Positions 9,650 through 20,799 of a DNA stretch of 64,000 nucleotides are shown here, piece after piece. The translations under genes were made by a program, and so were the position numbers. A model generated the notes under the pieces. It searched no databases, had not been told where the DNA came from, and saw only the letters and a list, made by a program, of their open reading frames with translations. The stretch comes from Salinispira sp. Lineage in GTDB: Bacteria; Spirochaetota; Spirochaetia; DSM-27196; Salinispiraceae. The stretch spans positions 1,504,001-1,568,000 of the forward strand of contig OZ271918.1 of assembly GCA_965602015.1 (NCBI GenBank), in the 5' to 3' direction. Every line of letters starts with the position of its first letter. Position 1 is the first letter of the stretch.

Positions 9650-11380
9650 CTATTCCCGGCGCGCAGCAATCATTTCCTCAACCCGGGGTAGAAGAATATG
9701 ACGGGCGCCGGCGGCGCGGATTCGATTAATATACTCCCGGGCTCCGGCCATGTCATCGAGCAAGGCCAGGCTCATCGCGAGGTAAACTCTGACCTCTACC
9801 ATCTGACGGTACCATGATGAACCGGGATAATCCGAGAGTCCTCCTGAGTAGGAAGCTATCAGGTCTTCGGCCCTCAGCAGATAATCTCTTGCCAGAGACG
9901 GCCGTCGTTCTGCCAACTCCATGAGCCCGAGATTGTAAAACCCCTCTGGACGCCCGGCCTCTCCGGCAAAGGCGAAACTCCGCCGCGCCTGGTCTGTATC
10001 CCGCCCCAGCACTGAGAGGTACCCCGAATATAGTTCCAGGCTGCCGTCGTACACAGCGCTGTAGCGGTTGAGAAGCACTTCGATGCCACGGCGGTCATCT
10101 TGAATTGAAAGCAGATACAACAGAAGGTTCCTTGATTCGGCGTCCGAAGGGGCGGCGTTGATCCGGTCCCAAAGCCGCAGCGATAAATCTACTATATCGA
10201 TGCTTCGCTCGCCTGCAGAGCCGGAGTCCAGATAGCTGGTTAAGAGCCGGTAGAACCCCATATCGAAATTTTCCGGAAAGCGGCTGATCTGGGGAATAAA
10301 ATCCAGTTCAGAAGCTTCATCCCGGGTCACCGCAGCGCTCAAACCACGGGCAAGTACCTCCGGGTCATTTCCGTAGAGCTCGAAAGTCCTGCGATACAGC
10401 TCCCGGAAATCCCTGGAGCCCGAAGTCTCCTGTGAGTCTATACCGAGAGAGCCGTGCATTCGAAGAAGATTGAGAACGCTTATGCGGGAATCATCGGGAT
10501 GCCGGTCAGTGACCTGATGATGAAGCTCATATGCCCGTGCCGCATCTCCCGAAAAAAAATACATATCGGCGAGGCTTTGCATGGTCGACGCCTGAAGCCC
10601 GACCTCGGTGGGGAGCAGCGCAGCGAGATTTTGGACCTCAGAGAACATGCGCGAATCATATGCGAGATTCAACAGAACGGCGGCGTCGGAATCGCCGGAC
10701 AGCAGACTCCCCCGGGCTGAGAGGATATCATAAGCTTCCTGAATACGGCCTCGGCTTGCCAGTAACAGAGATCCGTTGACGAAGTATCGAATATCTCCTG
10801 TTAGCTGACCCGCCTCGAACATGGCGAAGGGATCTGACATAGCCACAGGCGTCAGGGGTAACTGGACTCCCTGAAGCACCCCCTCAAGCCCGTGTCGTTC
10901 AAGCGATCTACCGCTGCGTAAAAAAGCCTCTGCGACGAGGCCAAGATAGCGGCGCCCCTCCAGGCCCTCGGCGATTATTGAAGCCCGCATTGCTTCGTCG
11001 CCGTCGAGAAGGCGGTCGACCAGCAAGGCGCGGATAACATCATTTCCCGGGTATGCGTCGAAACCCCGATCAATGGCACGGGAATACAGGGCGGAATCGC
11101 CGAGGGACTCCCGAAGCAGATCGGCCCGGGAAATTATCGCGAGATAATCCCGGGGAGAGTTGGCGAAGGCAAGGCTGTTGCCAAGCAGTTCAAGGGCTTC
11201 GGCTACCCGTTCCTCCCGGATTAGTACATCAGCCAGGCGCAAATTTCGGGATAAAGCGACATCGCTTCGAATGGTGCCGAGACTGGCTACAATCAGGATG
11301 ATAATGGCGGCGGAAAGGCCGAGTGAGGTGAGGATTACCGCAGCGCGGTTTTCAGAAATAACATCCCCAAATTTACTCAC
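9650..11380 (-). CDS. Membrane-anchored TPR-like helical protein
   Basis: N-terminal transmembrane helix; TPR-like segments (YNLGL, LADMYF). Confidence 0.6.
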   Translation of the reverse strand: MSKFGDVISENRAAVILTSLGLSAAIIILIVASLGTIRSDVALSRNLRLADVLIREERVAEALELLGNSLAFANSPRDYLAIISRADLLRESLGDSALYSRAIDRGFDAYPGNDVIRALLVDRLLDGDEAMRASIIAEGLEGRRYLGLVAEAFLRSGRSLERHGLEGVLQGVQLPLTPVAMSDPFAMFEAGQLTGDIRYFVNGSLLLASRGRIQEAYDILSARGSLLSGDSDAAVLLNLAYDSRMFSEVQNLAALLPTEVGLQASTMQSLADMYFFSGDAARAYELHHQVTDRHPDDSRISVLNLLRMHGSLGIDSQETSGSRDFRELYRRTFELYGNDPEVLARGLSAAVTRDEASELDFIPQISRFPENFDMGFYRLLTSYLDSGSAGERSIDIVDLSLRLWDRINAAPSDAESRNLLLYLLSIQDDRRGIEVLLNRYSAVYDGSLELYSGYLSVLGRDTDQARRSFAFAGEAGRPEGFYNLGLMELAERRPSLARDYLLRAEDLIASYSGGLSDYPGSSWYRQMVEVRVYLAMSLALLDDMAGAREYINRIRAAGARHILLPRVEEMIAARRE

Positions 11381-11402
11381 GGTACAGCCCTCCGGTGGAC
11401 AA

Positions 11403-11810
11403 TCACTTATTCGCTTTTATGGCGTCGAGCACCCCATTAATAATTCGAAAGGTCTGTTGGGAACCAAAATCCTTGGCTATCTCTACAGCCTCGTTAATTA
11501 TGATCTGGCGCGGGGTGTCGGAACTGAACATCAGCTCATATGCCCCTACCCTCATTATTGCAAGATCGACCTTGTTTAAGCGCTCAAATTCCCAGTGTTC
11601 CAGGTGGGATCGGATTTGACCGTCGATGTCGTCTAAATTTTCAACAATGCCGTGCAGCAGAAGGCGGGAAAAAAGAAGCCGGTCATCCCGGTCATCGCCG
11701 CTATAGTCATACCAGGGAAAGTCCATCAGACTGCCCATATCCTGCCGGTTAAACTCCTGGCTGTACAACGCTTGAACAACCAGGACCCGGCTTTTACGTC
11801 GTGAGAGCAT
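11403..11810 (-). CDS. nusB: Transcription antitermination factor NusB
   Basis: RRKSR...QALY, WEFERL, INEAVEIAKDF, INGVLD. Confidence 0.96.
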   Translation of the reverse strand: MLSRRKSRVLVVQALYSQEFNRQDMGSLMDFPWYDYSGDDRDDRLLFSRLLLHGIVENLDDIDGQIRSHLEHWEFERLNKVDLAIMRVGAYELMFSSDTPRQIIINEAVEIAKDFGSQQTFRIINGVLDAIKANK

Positions 11811-11818
11811 GTACGTTC

Positions 11819-12868
11819 CTACCAGGGAAGATTCTGTTCAACAATCCGAATCTCGGCCTCTTCCCGGAGTTCCTCGATAATCTCATTGAGGGCGGTGACC
11901 AGCGCTTCCTGCTGCTTCTGACTCATGATGAACTGGACAATATTCTGCCGAACGGTGACGCTCTGACCGGGGAACAGGGGATCGGTAAGTTCAAGAAGCC
12001 GGGGTCTGCGCCGATCATTTACCCGCACGATGTGGAATCCCGAGACAGATTCCATTACCTGGGAAATGCTGCCCTGCTGCATGGCCAGAACCGCCTGAAC
12101 AAAGCTCTGGCCGAGACTGGCAACTGCGCTTTGATCTCCGTTAATTACGTATCCCAAATCCCCGCCGCTGAAGTCGGGATCATCCAGGCTTTCGCGGATA
12201 ATCGCATCGAATTCGCCGCTCCCGCCGTTCCTGATGCGGCGGGAAAACTGGTCCATCCGGTTGCGGGCGTCGGTCCTCTGAGCGTCGCTCAACCCTCTGG
12301 TGGGAATAAATATATGGCTGACGCCGCTCATTGCTGGACTGAGAAAGCTGCTTGCATTTTGCTCGTAGACCGCTTCAATTTCGGCCTGGGTAGGTCGGCT
12401 GATATTCTGGCCGATGTTGGGCCGGGCGAATACCAGGTATTTTTCCTGCAGTATACGTCCTTCGAGCTGCTGTAGGTAGCGCTCCCAGCTCAAGCCGGTC
12501 TGCTGTTGCACAAGTTGGCGGTACTGTTCATCGCTTACCTGGGCTCCCAGACTCTGTTTCTGTAGGGCCAGGGCGTTCTGTATTTCCAGATCCGAAGCTT
12601 GGAGGCCAGCTCTTTCGGCGGCCTGCTGAATCAGTATGCTGTTGATTCGCGACTCCAGAATCTCGTTCTTCTGATCGGCGTTCAGCTGGCCGCCAAGTTG
12701 GGTTTCCAGAAGGCGGATTTGATTGAGCAGCTCCCGTTCATAGACTACTTCGGTATCCGTCAGCCTGACTGTGGCGAGGGTCTTGTCCAACAGCTGAGCG
12801 CTGAGCCCGGAAGTAAATAGCAGTAGGAAGAGGATGAGAATTGATAGTATCCGTGTTGATGTTTTCAT
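11819..12868 (-). CDS. SurA-like periplasmic chaperone / parvulin PPIase
   Basis: Signal peptide, SurA N-domain-like region, SHIFI...GGDLGY...GFHIV parvulin motifs. Confidence 0.85.
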   Translation of the reverse strand: MKTSTRILSILILFLLLFTSGLSAQLLDKTLATVRLTDTEVVYERELLNQIRLLETQLGGQLNADQKNEILESRINSILIQQAAERAGLQASDLEIQNALALQKQSLGAQVSDEQYRQLVQQQTGLSWERYLQQLEGRILQEKYLVFARPNIGQNISRPTQAEIEAVYEQNASSFLSPAMSGVSHIFIPTRGLSDAQRTDARNRMDQFSRRIRNGGSGEFDAIIRESLDDPDFSGGDLGYVINGDQSAVASLGQSFVQAVLAMQQGSISQVMESVSGFHIVRVNDRRRPRLLELTDPLFPGQSVTVRQNIVQFIMSQKQQEALVTALNEIIEELREEAEIRIVEQNLPW

Positions 12869-12878
12869 AATGTGTACC

Positions 12879-13703
12879 TTATCGCCGTACCGAAAATGAG
12901 TTTCGGCCCAGCTTTTTCTCCAATGTTTTTAAACCTGCCAATCGCGGGTTCATGGTTTGGGCTTCCTGAAAAAAGAAGCGGGCTTTTTTACTGTCCCCCG
13001 CTTCGAGATATAATTCGGAAAGCTTTTTCATATATACCGCCCGTTCTTTAACCGGTAACGGCAATTGGGCAATCTGTAATACAAAATCTACCTGTTGGGC
13101 CAAGGTTACACGGTTGGTCATTTTCTGGGTAAGCAGGATACGCATCCTGTCGAGCACTTCCTGAAAAAAGTGTTTGAAATACGGCCGCTCGAGCTCAAAT
13201 TCAATCAGGGTTTTGAAAAGATTGAATGCGCCGGGAAATTTTCCCGAATCCTGGTACTCTTCGGCTATCAGAAATGCACAATCCATGAAGTCTTCCCGGT
13301 CCAAGTGCTGACTCAGATCAAAGCCCTTTTCCCTGACCAGCGTATCGTAAAGATCAAGAGCCTCCCGTTCATGGGCATGGAGCAAATCAAAAAAAATCAG
13401 TTTACCCGCCGAATCCGGATCGGATAGGCGGCTTTGAAGGAAGTCGCGATAGTCGAATCCGCCTTCGGGAAATGCCCGTCGATATTGAACGTCGTATTCA
13501 TCCCGCAGCTCATCGTTTATAAGGGTCTCATAGGCGCTGAGAAGTTCACGCATGGCGCCGAGGGTTTTGCTGTCGTCCGCATTGGTGTCGGGGTGGATTT
13601 CCTTGGCCCGAAGCCGGAATGCCCTCTTGATTGCATCCCGGGATGCCTCCGGGGAGATCTGAAGAATCTCATAATAATCCGGAAGACCCTTGCTGTACTT
13701 CAT
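12879..13703 (-). CDS. J-domain (DnaJ-type) protein with C-terminal TPR-like region
   Basis: DYYEILQI...IKRAFR...HPD...AYETL J-domain. Confidence 0.85.
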   Translation of the reverse strand: MKYSKGLPDYYEILQISPEASRDAIKRAFRLRAKEIHPDTNADDSKTLGAMRELLSAYETLINDELRDEYDVQYRRAFPEGGFDYRDFLQSRLSDPDSAGKLIFFDLLHAHEREALDLYDTLVREKGFDLSQHLDREDFMDCAFLIAEEYQDSGKFPGAFNLFKTLIEFELERPYFKHFFQEVLDRMRILLTQKMTNRVTLAQQVDFVLQIAQLPLPVKERAVYMKKLSELYLEAGDSKKARFFFQEAQTMNPRLAGLKTLEKKLGRNSFSVRR

Positions 13704-14116
13704 TTTTCGATTGCGAGTCTTTTGCCGATTTCTCGGGCTACGGCTTCATCCTGAACGACATCGGAATACTTTATAAACATTCCCTCACCTTCCATCGCCG
13801 CCATAAGGTTGGTCAGCGATTTACCGGCCAGGATGGGCCTGGGGAGGATGAAGGCAAAACAGCGTTTGCCTGAAACCATCCCGGCATTTTTCAGGAACCT
13901 GTTTACCTGTTCCGGCAGTTTGGAGGAGAACGCTGATGTGAATTGCGCTCCGATGGCGAGGTACTGATAGACGCTGAGTTTCGAATTGACGTCCATTCCG
14001 GCGTCGATGATATCGACCTGATGTCCCTGGCCCTCAATACCCTGCGCCAGAGCTTTGCTGATTTTTGCGATCTTTTCCCGTTTGGATCCGGGAAAATATA
14101 CAACCGCTACTCTCAT
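13700..14116 (-). CDS. Flavodoxin-like fold protein
   Basis: MRVAVVYF...ALAQGIEGQGHQVDII flavodoxin-type N-terminus, but without the canonical S/TxTGNT loop. Confidence 0.65.
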   Translation of the reverse strand: MRVAVVYFPGSKREKIAKISKALAQGIEGQGHQVDIIDAGMDVNSKLSVYQYLAIGAQFTSAFSSKLPEQVNRFLKNAGMVSGKRCFAFILPRPILAGKSLTNLMAAMEGEGMFIKYSDVVQDEAVAREIGKRLAIEK

Positions 14117-14153
14117 GGAGAACTCCTCATTGTCGCTGGGGTAAGTATAGGGG

Positions 14154-14190
14154 AAACAGGCGGGAGCGATAAGTTACATACGCTCCCGTC
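14154..14190 (-). terminator. Probable terminator after secG
   Basis: CGGGAGCG/CGCTCCCG stem (14161-14188) followed by TGTTT on the minus strand. Confidence 0.5.
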
Positions 14191-14201
14191 GCGGAACCAT
14201 T

Positions 14202-14537
14202 TTACTCGGCGTCTGACGCATCCTCGGGGGTAACCCACCATTCGGTGGCAGTCGCACCCTGCTCTGCCTGACGGGCAGCGGCTTCAATGTCACCGCCGCT
14301 GTCGCTCCGGTTCACCCAGGCAAGGCCCAGACTGCTGAGCAGGAAAATAACACCGAGAACCGTAGTGGTTCTGGTCAGAAAATTACCCTTCCGGTTTCCG
14401 ATCTGACCCGACATTCCTCCGCCGCCGAAAATTCCTCCGATGCCCTCACCCTGTTCGTCCTGAATGAGAACGACCAGAAGAAGCAGTACGGCAGAAATCG
14501 CGAAGATAATAAGAAGTAAAATTGATAGTGCAGCCAT
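14202..14537 (-). CDS. secG: Preprotein translocase subunit SecG
   Basis: Two transmembrane helices; VLIQ...GGIFGGG...LTRTT. Confidence 0.93.
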   Translation of the reverse strand: MAALSILLLIIFAISAVLLLLVVLIQDEQGEGIGGIFGGGGMSGQIGNRKGNFLTRTTTVLGVIFLLSSLGLAWVNRSDSGGDIEAAARQAEQGATATEWWVTPEDASDAE

Positions 14538-14551
14538 AAAATATCCTTAAC

Positions 14552-14590
14552 AAAAAAATAAGCGCCATCGCCGCATGTGCAGCGATGGCG
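14552..14590 (-). terminator. Intrinsic terminator after tpiA
   Basis: CGCCATCGC/GCGATGGCG stem (14563-14590) followed by CTTATTTTTTT on the minus strand. Confidence 0.7.
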
Positions 14591-14613
14591 AAAATACTGA
14601 TTAAATCAGGCTA

Positions 14614-15366
14614 TTACTTATCAAATTTCGCGATGGCTGTAAAGTCCTCAGTCTTCAGGCTGGCGCCTCCGACCAAGGCACCGTCGATGTTTGCCATGCC
14701 CATAAGATCAACCACATTGCCGGGTTTTACCGAACCGCCGTACTGAATAAGCATGCTGTCAGCGGCATTTTGTGAGTAGGCTTCTTCGAGAACCCTGCGG
14801 ATAAAGGCGTGAACATCGTCGGCATCCTGAGGAGTTGCGGTCTTTCCTGTGCCAATTGCCCATACGGGTTCATAGGCTATGGTCACCTTGGCCAGGTCTG
14901 ACTCGCTTACATCCTTGAGTCCTTCGATGGTCTGGGTTTTGACAACGGTCTCAAGCTTTCCGGCCTCCCTTTCCTCCAAGGTTTCCCCGACGCAGAGGAT
15001 TACTTCAAGACCCTTTTTGATGGCTAAACGCACCTTGCGGTTAATAAACTCATCAGTTTCGCCGTACAGCGCCCGGCGCTCCGAGTGCCCGAGAATGACA
15101 ACACGCACGCCGGCATCCAGAAGCATGTCGGGACTGACTTCACCGGTATGAGCGCCGGACTCCGAATCGGACATGTTTTGAGCGCCCACCAGTACGTTGC
15201 TGCCCTCAAGCGCCTTTGCGACAGCGGGAATTGCGATAAAACTCGGGGAGACAAGCAGTTTATGCTTTACATCTCCAAGGGCTTCCCGAAGTTCAGAGGC
15301 AAACGCCGCTGCTTCACTGGGCGTCTTGTTCATTTTCCAGTTGCCAGCTAAATAATACGATCTCAT
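14614..15366 (-). CDS. tpiA: Triosephosphate isomerase
   Basis: AGNWKMN, GHSERR, AYEPVWAIGTG, YGGSV, LVGGASL. Confidence 0.99.
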   Translation of the reverse strand: MRSYYLAGNWKMNKTPSEAAAFASELREALGDVKHKLLVSPSFIAIPAVAKALEGSNVLVGAQNMSDSESGAHTGEVSPDMLLDAGVRVVILGHSERRALYGETDEFINRKVRLAIKKGLEVILCVGETLEEREAGKLETVVKTQTIEGLKDVSESDLAKVTIAYEPVWAIGTGKTATPQDADDVHAFIRRVLEEAYSQNAADSMLIQYGGSVKPGNVVDLMGMANIDGALVGGASLKTEDFTAIAKFDK

Positions 15367-15438
15367 ACTTATCTCCTGAAATCCGGTCTTTTCTCGCCCC
15401 GGAAAAAAACAACGGGGAGAACGACCGGCTTAATAGTG

Positions 15439-16614
15439 TTACTTTAGCGCTGCGATACCCGGGAGGTCCTTGCCCTCGAGAAACTCAAGACTCGCACCTC
15501 CGCCGGTGGAAACATGGCTCATTTTGCCAGCGAGGCCGAATTTATTGGCAGCTGCTACCGAATCGCCGCCGCCGACAACGGATACGGCGTCAGCATCTGC
15601 AATGGCCTGTGCCACAGCCTTTGTCCCGGTGGCAAAGTTATCAAACTCAAAAACCCCCATCGGTCCGTTCCAGACGATGGACTTTGCCTTGGAAATGACC
15701 TCTACGCATCGGGCGATGCTCTTGGGGCCGATGTCCATGGCGATTTTATCAGCGGGCACGTCGACCGAGTCCACGGCCTCGGGTGCGGCATTCTCATCGA
15801 ACTGGGCGGCGACTACGTGGTCAACCGGAAGAATTACATCAACCCCGGCTTTCTCAGCTTCTCTCAACAGCTTTTTGGCGGTTTCCAGATAATCTTCTTC
15901 GAGAAGGGATTTTCCAATTTCAAAGCCCTGGGCCTTGAGGAAGGTGTACGTCATGCCGCCGCCGATTATAAGGCTCTTGCATTTGGGAAGAAGACTTTCG
16001 AGAACACCGATTTTTGATGAAACTTTGGCACCGCCGACAACCGCAACCATGGGCTGCTGAGGGCTGGTGACAAAGGGCTCGAGGAACCGCACTTCCTTCT
16101 CAATAAGAAGCCCGGCAAACGCCGGCATTTTGCGGGCCAGCCCTTCGGTGGACGCATGCGCCCGGTGAGCCGTGCCAAACGCATCATTAACAAACACTTC
16201 ACCGAACTTGGAAAGTTTTTCGACGAAGTCGGGATCATTTTTCTCTTCGCCCTTGTACCAGCGCACGTTTTCCAGAAGCAGCACTTCGCCGGCCTTGAGG
16301 TCGGACACCATGGTTTCCACCTCCGGGCCGATGACGTCGGGAGCCATTTTAACTTCCTTATTCAGGAGTTCGGCCAGTCGTTTGGCCACGGGAGCAAGGC
16401 TGAACTCAGGCTTTTTTTCGCCTTTTGGCCGCCCAAGGTGGCTCATAAGAACCAGGGACGCGCCGGCGTTTAGAATAGCTTCAATCGTGGGCAGAGCCGC
16501 TCGAATCCGGGTGTCGTCACCGACTACACCGTCCTTGAGGGGGACATTGAAGTCCACCCGGGAAAGCACTTTTTTTCCCTTCAGATCTGCATCGTTTATA
16601 GTTTTTACTGACAT
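15439..16614 (-). CDS. pgk: Phosphoglycerate kinase
   Basis: RVDFNVP, SHLGRP, NDAFGTAHR, GGAKVSSK, STGGGASLE. Confidence 0.99.
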   Translation of the reverse strand: MSVKTINDADLKGKKVLSRVDFNVPLKDGVVGDDTRIRAALPTIEAILNAGASLVLMSHLGRPKGEKKPEFSLAPVAKRLAELLNKEVKMAPDVIGPEVETMVSDLKAGEVLLLENVRWYKGEEKNDPDFVEKLSKFGEVFVNDAFGTAHRAHASTEGLARKMPAFAGLLIEKEVRFLEPFVTSPQQPMVAVVGGAKVSSKIGVLESLLPKCKSLIIGGGMTYTFLKAQGFEIGKSLLEEDYLETAKKLLREAEKAGVDVILPVDHVVAAQFDENAAPEAVDSVDVPADKIAMDIGPKSIARCVEVISKAKSIVWNGPMGVFEFDNFATGTKAVAQAIADADAVSVVGGGDSVAAANKFGLAGKMSHVSTGGGASLEFLEGKDLPGIAALK

Positions 16615-16738
16615 GGGATCACCTCTCGATCATGGTATTGGGGTATTGGCAGGTCGGCACATGCCCCGGAACTGTCGGGGGATCTGCGGACTCCAGGATC
16701 AATCATCGGGGAACACCGTGGACGCTCATCCTGGGAAG

Positions 16739-16772
16739 AAAAAAGGCCGGCCTCCGGAAGCGGAGGCCAGCC
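16739..16772 (-). terminator. Intrinsic terminator after gap
   Basis: 12-bp GC-rich stem (16745-16772) with a tetraloop and a U6 tract on the minus strand. Confidence 0.8.
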
Positions 16773-16785
16773 TGGCAGTACTGTC

Positions 16786-17799
<1,014 letters not shown>

Positions 17800-17842
17800 T
17801 TATCGGTCCCCCTGTTTTGGATTATGGTGGTTATCATCGACG

Positions 17843-17870
17843 TTTTTACACAAGAACTGTTAAAAGTCAA
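17843..17870 (-). promoter_or_regulatory. Sigma70-type promoter for gap
   Basis: TTGACT (17870-17865)-N16-TAAAAA (17848-17843) in an AT-rich spacer. Confidence 0.5.
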
Positions 17871-17943
17871 TGAATGGGATTCGGTTAAATTGTAATAAAT
17901 TTCCGAAACTTATACAAGTAGCATATGGATAATTATTTATCGA

Positions 17944-20022
17944 TTATCGTATCTGTCGTATGCGTTCATATAATTCGCCTATGCTTGCAGGCAGACCCGG
18001 ACGGGAAGACTGAGGGGTCTGATCTCCTGCATCGCTCTCGCCGGCGTCAGACTCCTCCTCCCCTGCGGGAATCAGAAAATCGCCCCGGCTGATCCGGTAG
18101 AAAAAGCCTTCATGGTCCATTCGCACCTGGCTGACGAGGAAGTCGGTAGCGGTGACAACCGCCCTGCCGATTATGTCCTCAGGGGAGTAATCGTACATGC
18201 TGTCCTCTGTATACAGCCGGAGGTCAGCCGGTTTCAGAATTAGCAACTCATCTCCATCTTCGATTCCGTCCTGGTACCCGATATTTATCAGTCCCCGCTC
18301 GAAATTTCGACGCATTAGCCGTGCCCTCAGTGGGAGCGAGTCAAGGATCTGGATGGAAATTTCCATTACCGCATCCTTTACCCGGGTCACGCCGCTGCGA
18401 ACTACTGCGTACTGCCGCAAGGGACGACCCGTACGACCCAGATGCAGGGTCGCCTGAATTTCAAGGGATTCTTCCCCTTCTTCAATCTGATACAGAATGT
18501 AATAGTCGAGAGAGTTTCTCCTTGCCTGTTCGAAGGCCCTCGAAGGAGATATCACTTCGACCACATCATATGACAGCTCGCCGATCCCGGCGGGTCGAAG
18601 AAATTCAATGCGACCACTAATAAAAAGCTGATCCATTACATGTTTTCCCAGCAAGTCTTCTGCATGACCATGAAGGGTTCTGGCGTCTTCGTCTATGGTA
18701 AAAAATCCCAGGCGGGTGAGTTCCCGTTCAATGAGAAACTGATCGACATCCCAGCGACTTGCGGCCGTATCCCGGAGAATATCCCGGTAGATTTCCAGAT
18801 CGTCCGATAACTGGCGATCATCGATCATTAGCTGGTCCTGAATAAACTGCAGTTCATTCACATATCGGGCGTACTCTCCCCGTTCACGAAGCAAGTCCGC
18901 AAAACCCCGCCGCCCGCTTTCGGACAGGGGCGCGAGGGTAAGGCCGCGGTACATGTGGTACAGGGCGGAGTCGAATCGGTTTCTTTCGATAAACTCCCCG
19001 GCGCGCTGGAAATGATATTCGGCGAAGCCGGCTCGCATGGGATTTTGAAGGTCGTCGACATAATAATCGAGGAGAATCTCCTCCAGCAGGAGACGGCTCA
19101 TTTCATCATCAGGATTACCCCTGAGTGCCCTGGACAGACTATTTATCGCCGCCCCGGACTCGCCGGTCTGATATTCCGCCAAGGCTTTTGTGTAATACAA
19201 AAGCTGAGGGTCTGCCAGACGGGTAAAATCCAGCTGGTTGAGCACTGCCAGGGATTCCCGGTACTCGCCCTGATCGGCGAGGATTCGGCTGAGTATTTCA
19301 AGTGCGGGATAATAGTCCTCATCGAGGTTCAGGGCGGTTATCGCATGAAACCGGGCGGTTTCATAGTCGCCCGAGAGGGCGTAAAATTCAGCGGCATGGA
19401 AGTGAACCCGGGGATTCAAACTGTCCGCTTCGATAGCCGCCTGAAGAAAGCGTTCAGCTCCGGCAAAATCACGCCTGTCCTGATAAATAAACGCGAGGGC
19501 CAGCAACACTCTCCGGTCACCGGGGTTTATGCTGTTACTGTCTTCGAAAAAGCTGCCGGCGGTAATGATATCGCCATCTGCCAGCGATAGCTCTCCCAAT
19601 CCGACCCGGGCCGAGTTATTAAACGGTTCGCTACGCAGTATATCCGTAAAAATGGCTTCTGCTTCCTCCAGACGGCCGAGGGTAATAAGGATGCGTCCGC
19701 ACAGGCTCCGGTTTCGACTGTCGTTGGGAGCGAGATTCAAAGCGCGGTTTATGTAGACCAGCGCCTCATCGTACTCATCGAGATAGTAAAAACCCCGGGC
19801 CACCTCCCGGTGGGCGTCTGAGTAATTTGGATTCAAAGAGATTGCGTCCTGAAACGAACGTATAGCTTCGAGCAAAAAATCCTGGTCAAAGAGGAGCAGA
19901 CCCCGCTCGTACGCGCGGATGGCAGTGCTGTTCTGGCTTTGCGAGCCGACAGGAGCCCCAGGCATGAGAATCAACAGCATGACGAGGATCAGTAAATAGG
20001 AAGAGGATTTAAAGACCATCAC
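17944..20022 (-). CDS. Exported tetratricopeptide-repeat protein
   Basis: Signal peptide and multiple TPRs (AISLNPNYSDAH, ALNLAPND); start overlaps the tlyC stop. Confidence 0.8.
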   Translation of the reverse strand: MMVFKSSSYLLILVMLLILMPGAPVGSQSQNSTAIRAYERGLLLFDQDFLLEAIRSFQDAISLNPNYSDAHREVARGFYYLDEYDEALVYINRALNLAPNDSRNRSLCGRILITLGRLEEAEAIFTDILRSEPFNNSARVGLGELSLADGDIITAGSFFEDSNSINPGDRRVLLALAFIYQDRRDFAGAERFLQAAIEADSLNPRVHFHAAEFYALSGDYETARFHAITALNLDEDYYPALEILSRILADQGEYRESLAVLNQLDFTRLADPQLLYYTKALAEYQTGESGAAINSLSRALRGNPDDEMSRLLLEEILLDYYVDDLQNPMRAGFAEYHFQRAGEFIERNRFDSALYHMYRGLTLAPLSESGRRGFADLLRERGEYARYVNELQFIQDQLMIDDRQLSDDLEIYRDILRDTAASRWDVDQFLIERELTRLGFFTIDEDARTLHGHAEDLLGKHVMDQLFISGRIEFLRPAGIGELSYDVVEVISPSRAFEQARRNSLDYYILYQIEEGEESLEIQATLHLGRTGRPLRQYAVVRSGVTRVKDAVMEISIQILDSLPLRARLMRRNFERGLINIGYQDGIEDGDELLILKPADLRLYTEDSMYDYSPEDIIGRAVVTATDFLVSQVRMDHEGFFYRISRGDFLIPAGEEESDAGESDAGDQTPQSSRPGLPASIGELYERIRQIR

Positions 20023-20798
20023 TCTCCTTCTTTGGCGGGTTTTATAAGCAGTTTGATGCTGCGAATTTTGTGACCGTCCATTTCCTGAATTATATAGGTA
20101 ATATTGCCCTGCTCAACCTTTTCGAATTTTACCGGTATTTTTCCGAAGAGGTCAAAAACAAAACCGCCGAGGGTATCAAAATCATCAATGGGAAGATTGA
20201 TCTGAATTTCCTCGTTGAGGTCGTCTATATTTACTCTGGCGTCGCAGAGATAGACCCCCTCCCCGATTTTTATGACGTCTTCGCGCTCATTGTCGAACTC
20301 ATCCTGGATGTCCCCGATTATTTCTTCAAGAATGTCTTCCATGCAGACAATACCGCTCATGCCGCCGTATTCATCGACAACAACGGCTATATGCACCCGA
20401 CGCCGTTTCATTTCCCGCAGCAGTGCGTCGAGTTTCATGCTTTCCGGTACAAAATACGCACTGCGGCTTAGGGACTTAATATCGAGACTGTTTTTTTGAG
20501 CGAGATTTATCAGCAAATCCTTGGCGTAGAGGATACCGGTGACGTTGTCTATGGTCTCCTGGTATACGGGAAACCGGGAATGCCCCGAATCAATTATCTT
20601 CTGATATAAATCCGCGGAGTTCATGTCGATCGAAAGGCTGACGACGTCGATGCGGGGAACCATGATCTCCTTCACATTGGTATCTGACAGCTCTACTACG
20701 CCGCGAATCATGTCGCGTTCTTCCAGGTTGAGAGACTTAAACGACGGTTCATCCTCATCTTCGGATGCCTTAAAAAACCGCGAAAGGAAGGATTTCAT
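20019..20798 (-). CDS. tlyC: CBS-pair/CorC_HlyC domain protein (TlyC/CorC family)
   Basis: IMVPRIDV, HSRFPVY, VVVDEYGG, EDILEEIIGDIQDEFD, DTLGGF. Confidence 0.88.
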   Translation of the reverse strand: MKSFLSRFFKASEDEDEPSFKSLNLEERDMIRGVVELSDTNVKEIMVPRIDVVSLSIDMNSADLYQKIIDSGHSRFPVYQETIDNVTGILYAKDLLINLAQKNSLDIKSLSRSAYFVPESMKLDALLREMKRRRVHIAVVVDEYGGMSGIVCMEDILEEIIGDIQDEFDNEREDVIKIGEGVYLCDARVNIDDLNEEIQINLPIDDFDTLGGFVFDLFGKIPVKFEKVEQGNITYIIQEMDGHKIRSIKLLIKPAKEGE

Positions 20799-20799
20799 G

